A stretch of DNA of 64,000 nucleotides from a virus, in the IMG/VR virus record IMGVR_UViG_3300047557_002984, positions 1 to 64,000 of that record, one strand, 5' to 3'. The position numbers were made by a program, and so were the translations under genes. The notes beneath the pieces were generated by a model. That model saw only the letters and a list, made by a program, of their open reading frames with translations, was not told where the DNA came from and searched no databases. Of this stretch, positions 1 through 9,596 are shown piece by piece (the stretch's first letter is position 1; the number at the start of each line of letters is the position of its first letter).

Positions 1-3000
1 CCCCTGTGCCGCCCCCCCCGCCGCCTCCCGGTGAGAACAACGACGAAATGACCAGCCGCGCCAGGCTTTTCAAAATATCGCCAACCAAATCCTTGAAGAA
101 ACCCAGCTTTTTCGTAAGCGAATCAATGCCCTTATCCACCACGCCAAGAACTTTATCCTTGAAGCTGGCACCGATGCGCTCAAAGGATTCTGCCAGCGTT
201 TCCGCCTGCGAGCGGAAGCCCTTAAAGAAGCCTTCAAGCGGGGTTAGTTCTGCGCCCAGCGTGCGAAGCTGCTCAATCTGGGCTTGCAATTGGGTAATCT
301 TGAGCGGGTCAACCTCAGCCTGTTGCTGTACCTCAAGTGCGCGGATCAGTTCGTCGCGGTATTGCCGCTGAATCGCCAGCGTTGCTTGCTTGGCTTCGGC
401 TTCGTTGAGAATGCCCAGCGTCAGCAAGTTCTGAATGCGCAATTCTTCAACCCGCAAATTAGCATCCTGCTGGCTGTATTCCAGCGAGGCCCGTTGCGCC
501 GCGAGCAAGGTTTCCCGCGCGCGAAGCTGCTCCGGCGTGAGCTTTTCAGCCGTGCGCAATTGCTCGGAAATATTATCTGTCGCGGGGAGCGCAAGCCCCT
601 GTGTCTCTTTCAGCAGCTTGTTGCGCGCTTCGGTTGCGGCCTTTACAAACTCGCGCTGATTGGCGATCTCAACCTCTGTTAGTTCGCGTGTCTGGATGGC
701 CAAATCCGCCCGCAATTTGATCAACTGCTCTTCAAGGCGAATCTTTTCCGGCGTGCCCGCTTTCGCTGCCGCCAAGGATTTCTCCGTTGCGGCAATTTCC
801 TGCTGCGTCAGGCCGATGGTCAGCGTTGTGTTCTCGCGCTCAAGGCGAATTTTCTCATCATAGAACTGGCTCAACGTCAGCTTGCGGTCTTCATAAAACG
901 CCTTCACCGCATCCAGTTCGCGCTTATTGGCATCAATTGCAAGGCGTGTTTGCTGCTCTAATGCTTCTCTCTCAAACTGCAATTGCGCTTGTCGGAGTGC
1001 GCGCACCTTGGATGCTGCGCCCTCCGTTTCTGCTTTCAGGCCCGCAGCTTTCGGCTTATTGCGCGCCTCTGCGATCTTGTCACGGAAGTTTACAGATGCG
1101 GCAGCCAGATCGGCGTCTGTGATGATGTCCGCATCCAAGTTTCGCCCTTCCTGTACCCGCTGCGCGGCGTCGCGTCCGGCTTGTCGCTGTTGCGATTTCA
1201 ACCCCAGAAAACTGCGCGCATTGCCGACCAATCCGCTCAAGAGGCTTGATGTGGACGGAAACGCGGCAGCCAACCCGCCGACGATTCCGTTAGCAAGGTT
1301 GCCACCGAGCGCTTGCCCGATTTCGCGCGCTAGCCCGGTTTTACTCAGCAGGCTGCGAAAGCCGGTCGTGATCGTGTCGCTCAGGTTGACAATGGCGCGC
1401 GCGCTCAGGGTAATCACGGCGTCCCACGCTTCGCGCCACGCCTTACTAAGTGAATCCCTGAACCCTTGAATATCGCCGGAAAGCAGATTTAACCCGGCGC
1501 GCACCAATTCACGCACCACGTCTAACGACTCACGCACCACATCCTTGAAGGTTTCCCATTGACCGCGCCAAATGCTGCCAAAAATATCGCTCCATACTTC
1601 CAGCGATTTCACCAGCGCATCCAGTACCGGCCCGAAGATGCGGTTAATGTCCGGGGCGATTTCGCGCCAGAACGTCACCACATCGCCGAATTGCTCCCGT
1701 AGAAAACTGAACGCATCGGCGGCAATGCTGCGAATATTCCCAAAGTCCGTCGCAAAGGCGACCGCAAACCCGGACAACGCAGCGGTTGCAGCAAGGAGGA
1801 TCGGCGCTAAACCGCCGAACACGCCCGCCAATCCACCAGACGCCCCCGCGCCGGTCGCTCCGGCGAATACCGTTAGCAGATTGCCGAACGCCCCCACGGT
1901 TTGCACCAGGGAGCCGAACGCAATCACTAGCGGGCCAATCGCGGCAGCCAAAACACCAACCGCCACGATGATCTGGCGCGTGCTATCCGGCAGTTCGGCG
2001 AAGGCTTTAGAGAGACGCTCAATAATCGGAATGGCTTTTTCGACCAGCGGCGCAAGCGTTTGAATAATGGCAAGGCCGAGCGGGCGCAGCGACACAAGCA
2101 CGCGATCACGCAATTTCTCAAACTGCGTGCCCAGCGATTCTGTAATTTTGGCAAGCTTCGGATTGTTCTCTGCCGCCGCCGCAAACGCGGCAAAAAAGGC
2201 ATCCGTCGTGGTCAATCCTAGCTTCTGCGCCGCTTCACGGATCGCCTTACCATTGATCGGGCTGTCCACGTTGAATAGATTTTTGATGATCTCCCCGGCC
2301 AGCGGCGATTGGCCTATAAGCTCTTTTAAGTCGGTGCGCTCAAAGTTTTGCGTGACCAGCTGCACAAGGTTCTGTGAGAACCGTTGCGGGTCAGCAAGAG
2401 GCGCAACAGCATTTAGCCGTCCAATGGCAGGCAATAGGCGGTCAATTGTCCCTACGGAAACGTTTGCGACACGCAATTGCGCGTCCAGCGTTGCGGCAAG
2501 ATTCGTCGTCAGGCCGGGTGTCTTCTGCGACAAGGCCACCAAGGCGGCAAATCGTTTTTCCGCATTCTCCGCGCTGCCGGTCAGCGCTTTTAGCACGTTG
2601 ACCTGTTGATCAATCTGAATTGTGCTTTGCACTGCACTACGGCCAAGGCCAATGATGCCTGCGGATAGACCGCTCAGGAAGTAACCCGCCTGCTGGATGG
2701 ATTCGCCCGCCTCGCGCACCGTGGATGAGTACCGCTTGAAGAAGCCGAGGACGCTATCCGGTGGCGCGGATCGCCGAATTGCCCGCTCCTGCGCCTGTGC
2801 AAACCGCAGGGCATCGCGCTCCGCTTGAATCGCGGCCCGTTCGCGCAACAAGGCGCGCTGCGCATTCGCCTTGGCTTCGATCTCAACCAGGCGCTGTTGG
2901 TGTTTGCGCTCCGCGTCCTCGCTCTTTGTGTGGCGCGCCGTTGGCGAAAGAATATTGTCTAATTGGCTGCGCAGGCGTTGCGCATTGCGTAAACCTTCCG

Positions 3001-3160
3001 TGATGCCCGCTGAGAGGGCATCCCCGATCTTTTTTCCAAGTGATTGCGCATCCGGCACGGCAGAAGAAAGCGCGGATTGCAGGGCTTGCCGGATTTCGCC
3101 TTTTTTGCGGGTGATGTCACCCGCATCCAGCGCAATTTTGATCACAATCGCTTCAGCCAT
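1..3160 (-). CDS. Tail tape measure protein (runs off the left edge)
   Basis: Start read manually as ATG at 3160: MAEAIVIKIALDAGDITRKKGEIRQALQSALSS... It is Ala/Gln-rich and helical and follows the tail chaperones. It is absent from the ORF track, probably because no stop lies in the window; I did not translate it end to end. Confidence 0.85.
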   Translation of the reverse strand, partial: MAEAIVIKIALDAGDITRKKGEIRQALQSALSSAVPDAQSLGKKIGDALSAGITEGLRNAQRLRSQLDNILSPTARHTKSEDAERKHQQRLVEIEAKANAQRALLRERAAIQAERDALRFAQAQERAIRRSAPPDSVLGFFKRYSSTVREAGESIQQAGYFLSGLSAGIIGLGRSAVQSTIQIDQQVNVLKALTGSAENAEKRFAALVALSQKTPGLTTNLAATLDAQLRVANVSVGTIDRLLPAIGRLNAVAPLADPQRFSQNLVQLVTQNFERTDLKELIGQSPLAGEIIKNLFNVDSPINGKAIREAAQKLGLTTTDAFFAAFAAAAENNPKLAKITESLGTQFEKLRDRVLVSLRPLGLAIIQTLAPLVEKAIPIIERLSKAFAELPDSTRQIIVAVGVLAAAIGPLVIAFGSLVQTVGAFGNLLTVFAGATGAGASGGLAGVFGGLAPILLAATAALSGFAVAFATDFGNIRSIAADAFSFLREQFGDVVTFWREIAPDINRIFGPVLDALVKSLEVWSDIFGSIWRGQWETFKDVVRESLDVVRELVRAGLNLLSGDIQGFRDSLSKAWREAWDAVITLSARAIVNLSDTITTGFRSLLSKTGLAREIGQALGGNLANGIVGGLAAAFPSTSSLLSGLVGNARSFLGLKSQQRQAGRDAAQRVQEGRNLDADIITDADLAAASVNFRDKIAEARNKPKAAGLKAETEGAASKVRALRQAQLQFEREALEQQTRLAIDANKRELDAVKAFYEDRKLTLSQFYDEKIRLERENTTLTIGLTQQEIAATEKSLAAAKAGTPEKIRLEEQLIKLRADLAIQTRELTEVEIANQREFVKAATEARNKLLKETQGLALPATDNISEQLRTAEKLTPEQLRARETLLAAQRASLEYSQQDANLRVEELRIQNLLTLGILNEAEAKQATLAIQRQYRDELIRALEVQQQAEVDPLKITQLQAQIEQLRTLGAELTPLEGFFKGFRSQAETLAESFERIGASFKDKVLGVVDKGIDSLTKKLGFFKDLVGDILKSLARLVISSLFSPGGGGGGGTG

Positions 3161-3216
3161 TGCCTATCCGTCCGCCTTCCCCTGATAATTCCCGCCCCCA
3201 AACCAAGGAGGCATCC

Positions 3217-3705
3217 ATGACAATCCTGTTTGCGCTTCTGTTGGCGCTCTCCCAATCCAATCCCGCGACGATTCACCTTGAAGCCGCGCTGGTCTATCAA
3301 AACGGTGATGTAAAACCTGTCGCGCGCACCGAATTTCTGCTGCTCGACGACGACCTGGGCAAAATCCTCAACGAGGCAAAATGCCCGATGCCGTACCCGC
3401 TCAACCTGATCACGCAAGACGCACAGCTTCAGCAGGTCATTACCTACGGCAAGGCGCTGCTACGGCCCGAAAGCTACACCGCATACTTGCCGGAAGCGGC
3501 GAAAGCCTTACAACCGCACGTTCTGCAAGCCCAGAAGACCGGCTTTGACGGCAAAGCGACCTTCACCACGGAGGCGAAAGTCGTCTACCTGTTCGCCGTC
3601 ACACGCACCGCGCGCGGGTACGTGATCTGGAATCACAAGCTCAGCGTCAAACCGGGCGAAAACAAGGTGCAACTCTCACAAGACGAAGCCGCCTTCGTGT
3701 ACTAA
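3217..3705 (+). CDS. Exported protein with signal peptide, antisense to the tail operon (moron-like)
   Basis: AAGGAGG RBS before ATG 3217; hydrophobic N-terminus MTILFALLLALSQS; beta-rich C-terminus; fills the gap between the chaperone and the tape measure gene. Confidence 0.75.
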   Translation: MTILFALLLALSQSNPATIHLEAALVYQNGDVKPVARTEFLLLDDDLGKILNEAKCPMPYPLNLITQDAQLQQVITYGKALLRPESYTAYLPEAAKALQPHVLQAQKTGFDGKATFTTEAKVVYLFAVTRTARGYVIWNHKLSVKPGENKVQLSQDEAAFVY

Positions 3706-4157
3706 CGCCCGCGCCGGATCGCATCTAATCGCGCAGCTGATTGCTCGACCCCGTGTTGCTGCGCCTTCGTCTGTTCTTCGCGCGCATCCGCACGGTTGAG
3801 CGCCGCTTGGTACGCCCGGAGGCAGGCCCAATCCGCGACGGGTAGCGCGTCCGGGTAAGAGAACGTCGCGCCCGCCGCGTGCAAGCCCGCTAAGTCGTAG
3901 GCTCGCGTGATTACGGCCAGCAATTCGGGCGGTTCCGTGCCCGGCTTTGTGGGCAAAAGTTCGCAGCCCTTCACATTGCAAAGATCAAGAACGGGAAGCT
4001 CGCTGTCTTCGGCGCGCCATAGTGCAATCCGCCCGTTTTCCTCGCATGGGCCTTGCCCTGGGCACGCATCCTTCAATTGGCGGCGCTGGTAAACGTCGTT
4101 TGCGAGGAACTCCGTTAGCCGCCGCGTCAGTCCAAGACGGACGCGCTGATTTTTCCC
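3702..4157 (-). CDS. Tail assembly chaperone -1 frameshift extension (gpGT-like)
   Basis: The -1 frame ORF GKNQRVRLGLTRRL... begins at the slippery site and has no RBS of its own. Confidence 0.75.
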   Translation of the reverse strand, partial: GKNQRVRLGLTRRLTEFLANDVYQRRQLKDACPGQGPCEENGRIALWRAEDSELPVLDLCNVKGCELLPTKPGTEPPELLAVITRAYDLAGLHAAGATFSYPDALPVADWACLRAYQAALNRADAREEQTKAQQHGVEQSAARLDAIRRGR

Positions 4158-4870
4158 AGCAGGCATTGCACAACCTGGCGCTTCACGATCGGGTCAACCG
4201 CGCCTTTGTCTGGCGGGGTCGCGCCCGTCAAGCTCACAAACAGCGCGTCGTACAATTCCACGTCTGCTTTCAGGTTGGCGCGGAATTTCATCTTGCGCTT
4301 TTTACTGCCGGTGCTAAACGTGGTCGCAGATGCGCGCCGCTCATAATCCCGGCGCTGTTGCTCGGTCGGCTGCCGCAATCGGTGAACGATTGCGTATTCC
4401 GGCGCGTCCTCATCCCCGCCAATCAATTGCCGGATGTCGTATTCCTGCCCATCCAAATCAAAGCCGTCGCCTTCGTCCTCTACCATTTCCACGCGGAACA
4501 GATAGAGCGCACGCACGGCGGCAACCTTATGATCCGCAGGCAGCTTGGCGGCAAGCTCCGGCGTCACGTCAATCCACTCATCCGGCTTGGCGTCCCCCGT
4601 GCGATAGCCCTTCACCTGCAATCTGATCTTGTCCCACAGGCGCGCCGTCGCGGCCTTATCTTCAACGTGAAAGGCATCTTCACCGGGTGAAACTTCTTCC
4701 ACTTCGGTGACGCTTTCGCTTTCCCGTGTGACCAGTTCGGCCAATGTTGGGCGGCGCAATTTATGAGAGAGGGTTTTGCCACCGACGCTGATCTGCACTT
4801 CAAATTCCGTCTGTGTCAGCGGGTAGCGCTTGGGCTGGGTGTCTACGGCGGTCTGTACTGCTTCTGTCAT
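4127..4870 (-). CDS. Tail assembly chaperone (gpG-like)
   Basis: Lies between tail tube and tape measure; has an RBS; slippery heptamer near its 3' end. Confidence 0.75.
   Translation of the reverse strand: MTEAVQTAVDTQPKRYPLTQTEFEVQISVGGKTLSHKLRRPTLAELVTRESESVTEVEEVSPGEDAFHVEDKAATARLWDKIRLQVKGYRTGDAKPDEWIDVTPELAAKLPADHKVAAVRALYLFRVEMVEDEGDGFDLDGQEYDIRQLIGGDEDAPEYAIVHRLRQPTEQQRRDYERRASATTFSTGSKKRKMKFRANLKADVELYDALFVSLTGATPPDKGAVDPIVKRQVVQCLLGKISASVLD
4151..4157 (-). promoter_or_regulatory. Programmed -1 frameshift site G GGA AAA
   Basis: In-frame X XXY YYZ heptamer (CTG GGA AAA) linking 4127-4870 to the 3702 ORF; the lambda G/T site is GGGAAAG. Confidence 0.85.
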
Positions 4871-4989
4871 ATCCTTCTCCTGTCAAGGCTTCCTGATGTA
4901 TTCATCGGCCCGCCGCGCGTCAGGATGCGCGCCTGTCCCGCTGCTGTACAGGCAGCGGTAAGCGGTGCCGATGCTGAAAGATCACGCTA

Positions 4990-5247
4990 TCAGCGGCTTG
5001 GCGAGTTCCAATCTATGTCAAGGTCTCGGAGTTCAAGCACCGCGCTCACTGGTTCAAGCTGAAAGGCTAAGCCATCGTGATGCATGACTACCTGCGTCGT
5101 ACCTGCCCCCTCACCTACCAGTGCGAAGCAGGAGCTAGCTCTTACGGTAGCGCGCACTGCGTATTGACCGGCTGTCAGCGTGAGAGTGCCCCCAGATGAA
5201 GCGACGCGCTGCACTTCGCTTGTAATGCCTGGAATCGTCGCATTCAT
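4990..5247 (-). CDS. Small protein resembling the N-terminal cap of a beta-helix
   Basis: GGTLTLTAGQY...LVGEGAGTT pattern; start codon overlaps the upstream stop (TAATG). Confidence 0.45.
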   Translation of the reverse strand: MNATIPGITSEVQRVASSGGTLTLTAGQYAVRATVRASSCFALVGEGAGTTQVVMHHDGLAFQLEPVSAVLELRDLDIDWNSPSR

Positions 5248-5513
5248 TACCATTTCCCCAGCGGACACGCCGCGTTCGGCATCCGCCATTTCGTGCGTAG
5301 ATCACTCACGCCCCAGCGCGGGCAACCACACGCATTACAAAACAAGCCTGTTTCTGTAGCGGCCATTCGCTCGCACCGTCGCGCCGCCTGTCCGCTGCCG
5401 GTGCAGGTCGCTTGCCGGTGCAGGTATTCCCCAAGCGATGCGTCCCCGTGCCGCAAGAAGGAACTCACGGCACGGTAGAACGTTTTCGCGCGGGTGATTA
5501 TTGGCCGCAGCAT
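5247..5513 (-). CDS. Small Cys-rich protein
   Basis: C...C...CxxCGC...CPLGKW pattern typical of small phage Zn-binding proteins. Confidence 0.6.
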   Translation of the reverse strand: MLRPIITRAKTFYRAVSSFLRHGDASLGEYLHRQATCTGSGQAARRCERMAATETGLFCNACGCPRWGVSDLRTKWRMPNAACPLGKW

Positions 5514-5734
5514 TTGCGCTCCGATACGTGCAAGCGGGCAGCAGCTTCGTCGCGGGCCTGCGCCTCCTCGACGGTGCAATTCCACAGGATTGCCAGGGAT
5601 TCCCAGCGCTCCTGCATTTCCAACGCCTGTAATTGCTCAGCAGTCAAGCCCGCCTTCGGGTCAAGCGGTGGCTCATCCGGCAATAGCTTTGCCGTGGGGG
5701 CGTCCTGATCGGGTTGTGTGTCTCGTTTTGCCAT
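5498..5734 (-). CDS. Hypothetical protein
   Basis: Tightly coupled downstream of the tail tube gene. Confidence 0.6.
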   Translation of the reverse strand: MAKRDTQPDQDAPTAKLLPDEPPLDPKAGLTAEQLQALEMQERWESLAILWNCTVEEAQARDEAAARLHVSERKCCGQ

Positions 5735-5739
5735 ATTGT

Positions 5740-6810
5740 CTAACTAAAGCTGCTCGCGGTTGAATTGACGACCTCCACAGTCAAAATGCTCGTGCTGCTC
5801 GTGGTCGCCTGGAATTGCAGATTGACCGCCGCCTTGCCGTTGCTATCCACTTGCTGCACCCGCGAAATGTACCCATTCGGGATAATCCACTTCAGGTATT
5901 CATATGTCGGGCCAGCCGCATCCAGCACCGCGCCACGCACGCCAAAGGTAATGTTCGTCAAGGCGGTGTTATCGGCCATGTTTTGCCACCACGTTAGCGA
6001 GCTATCCAGTAAGACTGTGACCTCTGCCGTCACTGTGCGGTCGCCGTGGTTCAGCGATGCCACATAGGGCGATGCGCTCGTGCCGCTCGTCGTGGTGTAA
6101 TCGCCGCGAATCTGCTGTGTGTCGCCGATGCAGCGGTCATCCGTCGGGTTGTGGTTGTTCGCCAGTTCAATAGACCAACTCCGCACCTGACAGTTTGTGG
6201 CCAAATCCTGCGCGGATCCGTTGTTAAAGCTCACGAACGCGTACGGACTCAGGCACGAAAACGACGGCGTAGACGGCAGCGATGTAACCGCGTGCGGCGT
6301 GCGATGCTTGCCCGTGCCCAGCAGTTCAAATCCGATCTGAACCGGGTTGGTGCCGTCTTGCGACATCCGCATCCGATCCACCACGCATCCGGCATACAGC
6401 CAGGTCGCGCCGGAACCGCTAATGGTTGTGACTACCGTGCTGCCCGGCAATTGCAAGCCCGACGATGACGCCAGCATTGGCGCGCTGTGCTTGTACGCGG
6501 CAGATGAAACGACCGTCGTATCTGTCACCGTGCCACCAACGCCGCGCAGAGACAGGCGACTGTACAAATCAAAATTGGCTTCATCGGCAATGCTGATTCC
6601 CGGCGGCAGCCAGTACGTGTTGCACTGCGTAGAGGCAAATTCAGACCCGGCCCGTCCTAGGTCTGTGCGCTTTTCCAATTCAGGATAGAGCGCAATCGTG
6701 TTCGGATTGGTCGCCTTGAGGAAGTTCGCGCCCGTTGTGACCGGCGTGTTAAACGTGCTCTCCGGGTTTTTCGAGATATAAAGTTCCGACGCTCTTTGCA
6801 AATAAGCCAT
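5740..6810 (-). CDS. Major tail tube protein
   Basis: 356 aa, S/T-rich, beta-type; YAGCVVD..M and VRSWSIELAN segments; located between the tail terminator and the chaperones. Confidence 0.8.
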   Translation of the reverse strand: MAYLQRASELYISKNPESTFNTPVTTGANFLKATNPNTIALYPELEKRTDLGRAGSEFASTQCNTYWLPPGISIADEANFDLYSRLSLRGVGGTVTDTTVVSSAAYKHSAPMLASSSGLQLPGSTVVTTISGSGATWLYAGCVVDRMRMSQDGTNPVQIGFELLGTGKHRTPHAVTSLPSTPSFSCLSPYAFVSFNNGSAQDLATNCQVRSWSIELANNHNPTDDRCIGDTQQIRGDYTTTSGTSASPYVASLNHGDRTVTAEVTVLLDSSLTWWQNMADNTALTNITFGVRGAVLDAAGPTYEYLKWIIPNGYISRVQQVDSNGKAAVNLQFQATTSSTSILTVEVVNSTASSFS

Positions 6811-6911
6811 AGCAATACCCTCTGGTGGTGCAGGCTTGCTATGCGCTGTCGAGCGTTGGCCGGTCTGGTCACTGCAAGGCTTCCTTCGCCGTCCGCTTGC
6901 CTATTTGGTTG

Positions 6912-7028
6912 TCAATGGTTGGCGCTATCGTCGGCTGCGGTTTCCTTCAGCCAAATTTCCAGCGCTTTCACAATCCCCTTGAGGGATGCGATTAAGGTTT
7001 CCAGTAATTTCTTCGTTGCGGGTCGCAT
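6912..7028 (-). CDS. 38-aa amphipathic peptide
   Basis: Read manually: MRPATKKLLETLIASLKGIVKALEIWLKETAADDSANH; ATG directly follows the upstream stop. Confidence 0.45.
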   Translation of the reverse strand: MRPATKKLLETLIASLKGIVKALEIWLKETAADDSANH

Positions 7029-7526
7029 CTAGCACGTCGTCTCCCAGCGAATCTTGGCCGTCCCTTTGGCAACGTGTACCGCGACCGGCGCAATGTCCAC
7101 GCTCAGCGCGATCTGGTAAAAGTCCAGCGGTTGCACCCACGCCAACAACTCACTCAGCGCCGTTCCGTCCGGCGTCGTTCCGGTCAGCGCGCGCGGATTG
7201 GAGAACGCCTGAATCACTGCTTCGCGCTCCGTGCTCATCTCGTCTTCCGAGTTCTGGCCTTCGGCCCCGGTCTTGTATTGAAAGAACTGCCACACGTGAT
7301 AGCGAAGCTCATACTCCGCGCCGTAGCTTTCCGCTTCTGTAACCGATTGGCCCGCCAGCGCGACCATCCAACCGTGAACGCGGGGCGTCGGTTCATCGCT
7401 TTGCAGAATCCCCAGCCAGCCACCATCCTGAATGTTTAAGATGTTGCGCGGCACGACGATTGCGCCCGGTGCAGCGTCCCGGATTGCCTGTGCGATGCCG
7501 TAGCGGATGGCTTGCTCTGTGGCCAT
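7029..7526 (-). CDS. Putative tail terminator/completion protein
   Basis: Position and size. Confidence 0.55.
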   Translation of the reverse strand: MATEQAIRYGIAQAIRDAAPGAIVVPRNILNIQDGGWLGILQSDEPTPRVHGWMVALAGQSVTEAESYGAEYELRYHVWQFFQYKTGAEGQNSEDEMSTEREAVIQAFSNPRALTGTTPDGTALSELLAWVQPLDFYQIALSVDIAPVAVHVAKGTAKIRWETTC

Positions 7527-7939
7527 TAAATCAACCCCGCGCTATCGCCGATACGCGCAGACGTATCACGAAATTTCTCTACCACGTCTTGAATTGCCGG
7601 GCCGACAAACGGACGCGCCGCCATCCGAGAAGTCCCTTTTTCCAGGTATTCCGCATAGGGCGCAGCGATGGTCAGCACGCCGGTTAGCGCATCGGGGAAT
7701 TGCTCCGTGATGGAGCGGAGAAGGTTGCCGGTACGGATTGCGGGTGCTTCGCCCGGCGCAGAGGCGCGATAAGTGCCGCCCAATGGCTTCGGGCGGCGAT
7801 ACGTGCGACCGGTCTTGATGCGTCCAAACTGCTCCGCGAATGAGCGGCGAAGCTCGTACACCGCATCTTTGATGACACGGCTTACGGTGCGCTCAACCGT
7901 CACGCGAAACACAGCATCATTGATCTCAACCGAAAACAC
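7526..7939 (-). CDS. HK97 gp10-like neck/tail completion protein
   Basis: RASAPGEAPA.RTGNL.RSI and YAEYLEKGTSRMAARPF motifs. Confidence 0.85.
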   Translation of the reverse strand: MFSVEINDAVFRVTVERTVSRVIKDAVYELRRSFAEQFGRIKTGRTYRRPKPLGGTYRASAPGEAPAIRTGNLLRSITEQFPDALTGVLTIAAPYAEYLEKGTSRMAARPFVGPAIQDVVEKFRDTSARIGDSAGLI

Positions 7940-8311
7940 CTAAATCGTCTCCACCTGCACCAAGTAAAACCGCCAATATCGCACCGTGCTGTTCGGCGGG
8001 ATCGGAGCGCCCGCCACTTGAAAAAGCTTTGTTCCGTGCTGCCAGCCAATCCCGCGCGCAACATCGGCGGCGGTTAGCTCTAGCTCGCTCACGCTCAGTG
8101 CAAACTGCACATCGGTGGGCAATTGCCGCCCCTGAAAATCCAGCGTGTTATATGTCCAGCGCCGCTTGATGCTCTTGTATGGCACTGCCGCCAACGTGCT
8201 CACATCGCGTCGCAGCAGGTCAATCGCATCCGGTTCGCCCGTCGCCACGTGGCATTCAATGCGCGCCAGTTCAATCGCGTCGGCCTGGATTTGCGCAAGG
8301 TTCGTCAGCAT
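7940..8311 (-). CDS. Putative head closure protein
   Basis: Position between adaptor and gp10-like gene; 123 aa. Confidence 0.55.
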   Translation of the reverse strand: MLTNLAQIQADAIELARIECHVATGEPDAIDLLRRDVSTLAAVPYKSIKRRWTYNTLDFQGRQLPTDVQFALSVSELELTAADVARGIGWQHGTKLFQVAGAPIPPNSTVRYWRFYLVQVETI

Positions 8312-8832
8312 TTCACCAGCGTTCTGCTTGCCAATAACAGCCCGGATAGCTTCATCCGCGCCATTTTGCCGAGTGCGCCCAAATCGCGCCCGGTGGCAAC
8401 CTGAAGCTCTGTCCCGCCCGCGCTGACCGTGCGGGAAAGATAGGCTTCATCCGTCCACGCCGGATTTGTCGCCAGCGCCAAGGCCATCTCACACTGGGCA
8501 TCTTTTACGGGCTGCGGGATCGCGTCAGCCGTCCAAAGACGCCCGCGCAAGTCCACCAGTCCCGTTGTAATCGTGGTATTCACCAACCGACGGCGAACGC
8601 CACCGAGGCGGGGCCATTCCAAGGCTTGCCCGGAGTTGGCCCGGCTCCCGATGTAGTTCTGGTTCTCAATCCACAACATTGCCTCCAGCAGAAAATTCGC
8701 CTTGTCATCGGTTGACACAGCTTCCCACCGTGAAGCGCGCGGCGTGGTCGCAAAGTACGCATCCGCGTTCTCGACGGAAACGTAGCTATTGGACGAAGCG
8801 CCGCTAATTGTTGTGATTAAGGTTGCCGCCAT
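8305..8832 (-). CDS. Head-tail adaptor (DnaT-like family)
   Basis: NSYVSV..AD.YF, QALEWPR and IP..VK.AQCE.A motifs. Confidence 0.8.
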   Translation of the reverse strand: MAATLITTISGASSNSYVSVENADAYFATTPRASRWEAVSTDDKANFLLEAMLWIENQNYIGSRANSGQALEWPRLGGVRRRLVNTTITTGLVDLRGRLWTADAIPQPVKDAQCEMALALATNPAWTDEAYLSRTVSAGGTELQVATGRDLGALGKMARMKLSGLLLASRTLVKC

Positions 8833-9107
8833 TATTCGTCAGCTTTCCCTTTTGCCGCCGGTTTCGCCGGAGCAGCTTTCGGCGCGGGTGCAAAGACTTC
8901 CACAACGACGCCTTGCGCGGTGTACGCCTGGCTGATGCTCGCTTCATTCGGGCCGGGGTAGACCACAACCTTGTCACAAGGCTCTGTCACACCATCCCAG
9001 GAATCCGCATTGCGATACACAGCGCTTTCACCCTTGGCGCGCAATTCATCGCGCAAGGAAAGCCCTTCGCGGTTTTTCGATTCTGATCCGTAGACAATGA
9101 TTTTCAT
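8832..9107 (-). CDS. Hypothetical head-region protein
   Basis: Coupled ORF with RBS (GGAG); AKP-rich tail. Confidence 0.6.
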   Translation of the reverse strand: MKIIVYGSESKNREGLSLRDELRAKGESAVYRNADSWDGVTEPCDKVVVYPGPNEASISQAYTAQGVVVEVFAPAPKAAPAKPAAKGKADE

Positions 9108-9109
9108 CG

Positions 9110-9532
9110 TTACAGTCTCCAAGCAAAGCGCAGTGTAAACACCGGCTCGGCTACAGTGTTGGCCAACGTTCCCGTCGCGGCGACGCGCACGCGCAACCGA
9201 TCCCCCGCCACCACCTTCAAATCGGAAAGCGTGGTGCTCAGCGTCAGTGTGCGCTTTGTGTGCGCCGCAAGCGCGGTGCCGGTCGTGGTTTTCGTGGTGT
9301 TAGCATCGGTCGCAGCCAGCAACGCGGCAGAGCCAGCGCCAGCCTGACCCAGGTTGGTAATCGAAAACGTCACGTAGTTGGAACCGTTGGCAGCCAAGGC
9401 CGTTGTCCCGGAGAACAACGCCTCTGTCAGTTCGGCGTTCTTCGGCGCGATCACGTAAATATCCGTGTTTCCGGTGGTCGCAATCGTTGCCGGGTTGGCC
9501 TGGATAACCGTCTCACCAAATTTCGCGGGCAT
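9110..9532 (-). CDS. Putative capsid decoration protein
   Basis: T/A-rich beta protein directly after the capsid gene; strong RBS. Confidence 0.55.
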   Translation of the reverse strand: MPAKFGETVIQANPATIATTGNTDIYVIAPKNAELTEALFSGTTALAANGSNYVTFSITNLGQAGAGSAALLAATDANTTKTTTGTALAAHTKRTLTLSTTLSDLKVVAGDRLRVRVAATGTLANTVAEPVFTLRFAWRL

Positions 9533-9596
9533 ATCGCTCCTTTCGTTTCGTAAAGCGCAAGGGCAGGTATTACGCCTGCCCCATTACGCGAAGTGA

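Noticed and set aside
6-3185. Many plus-strand ORFs
   Set aside because: They are antisense shadows of the tape measure gene.
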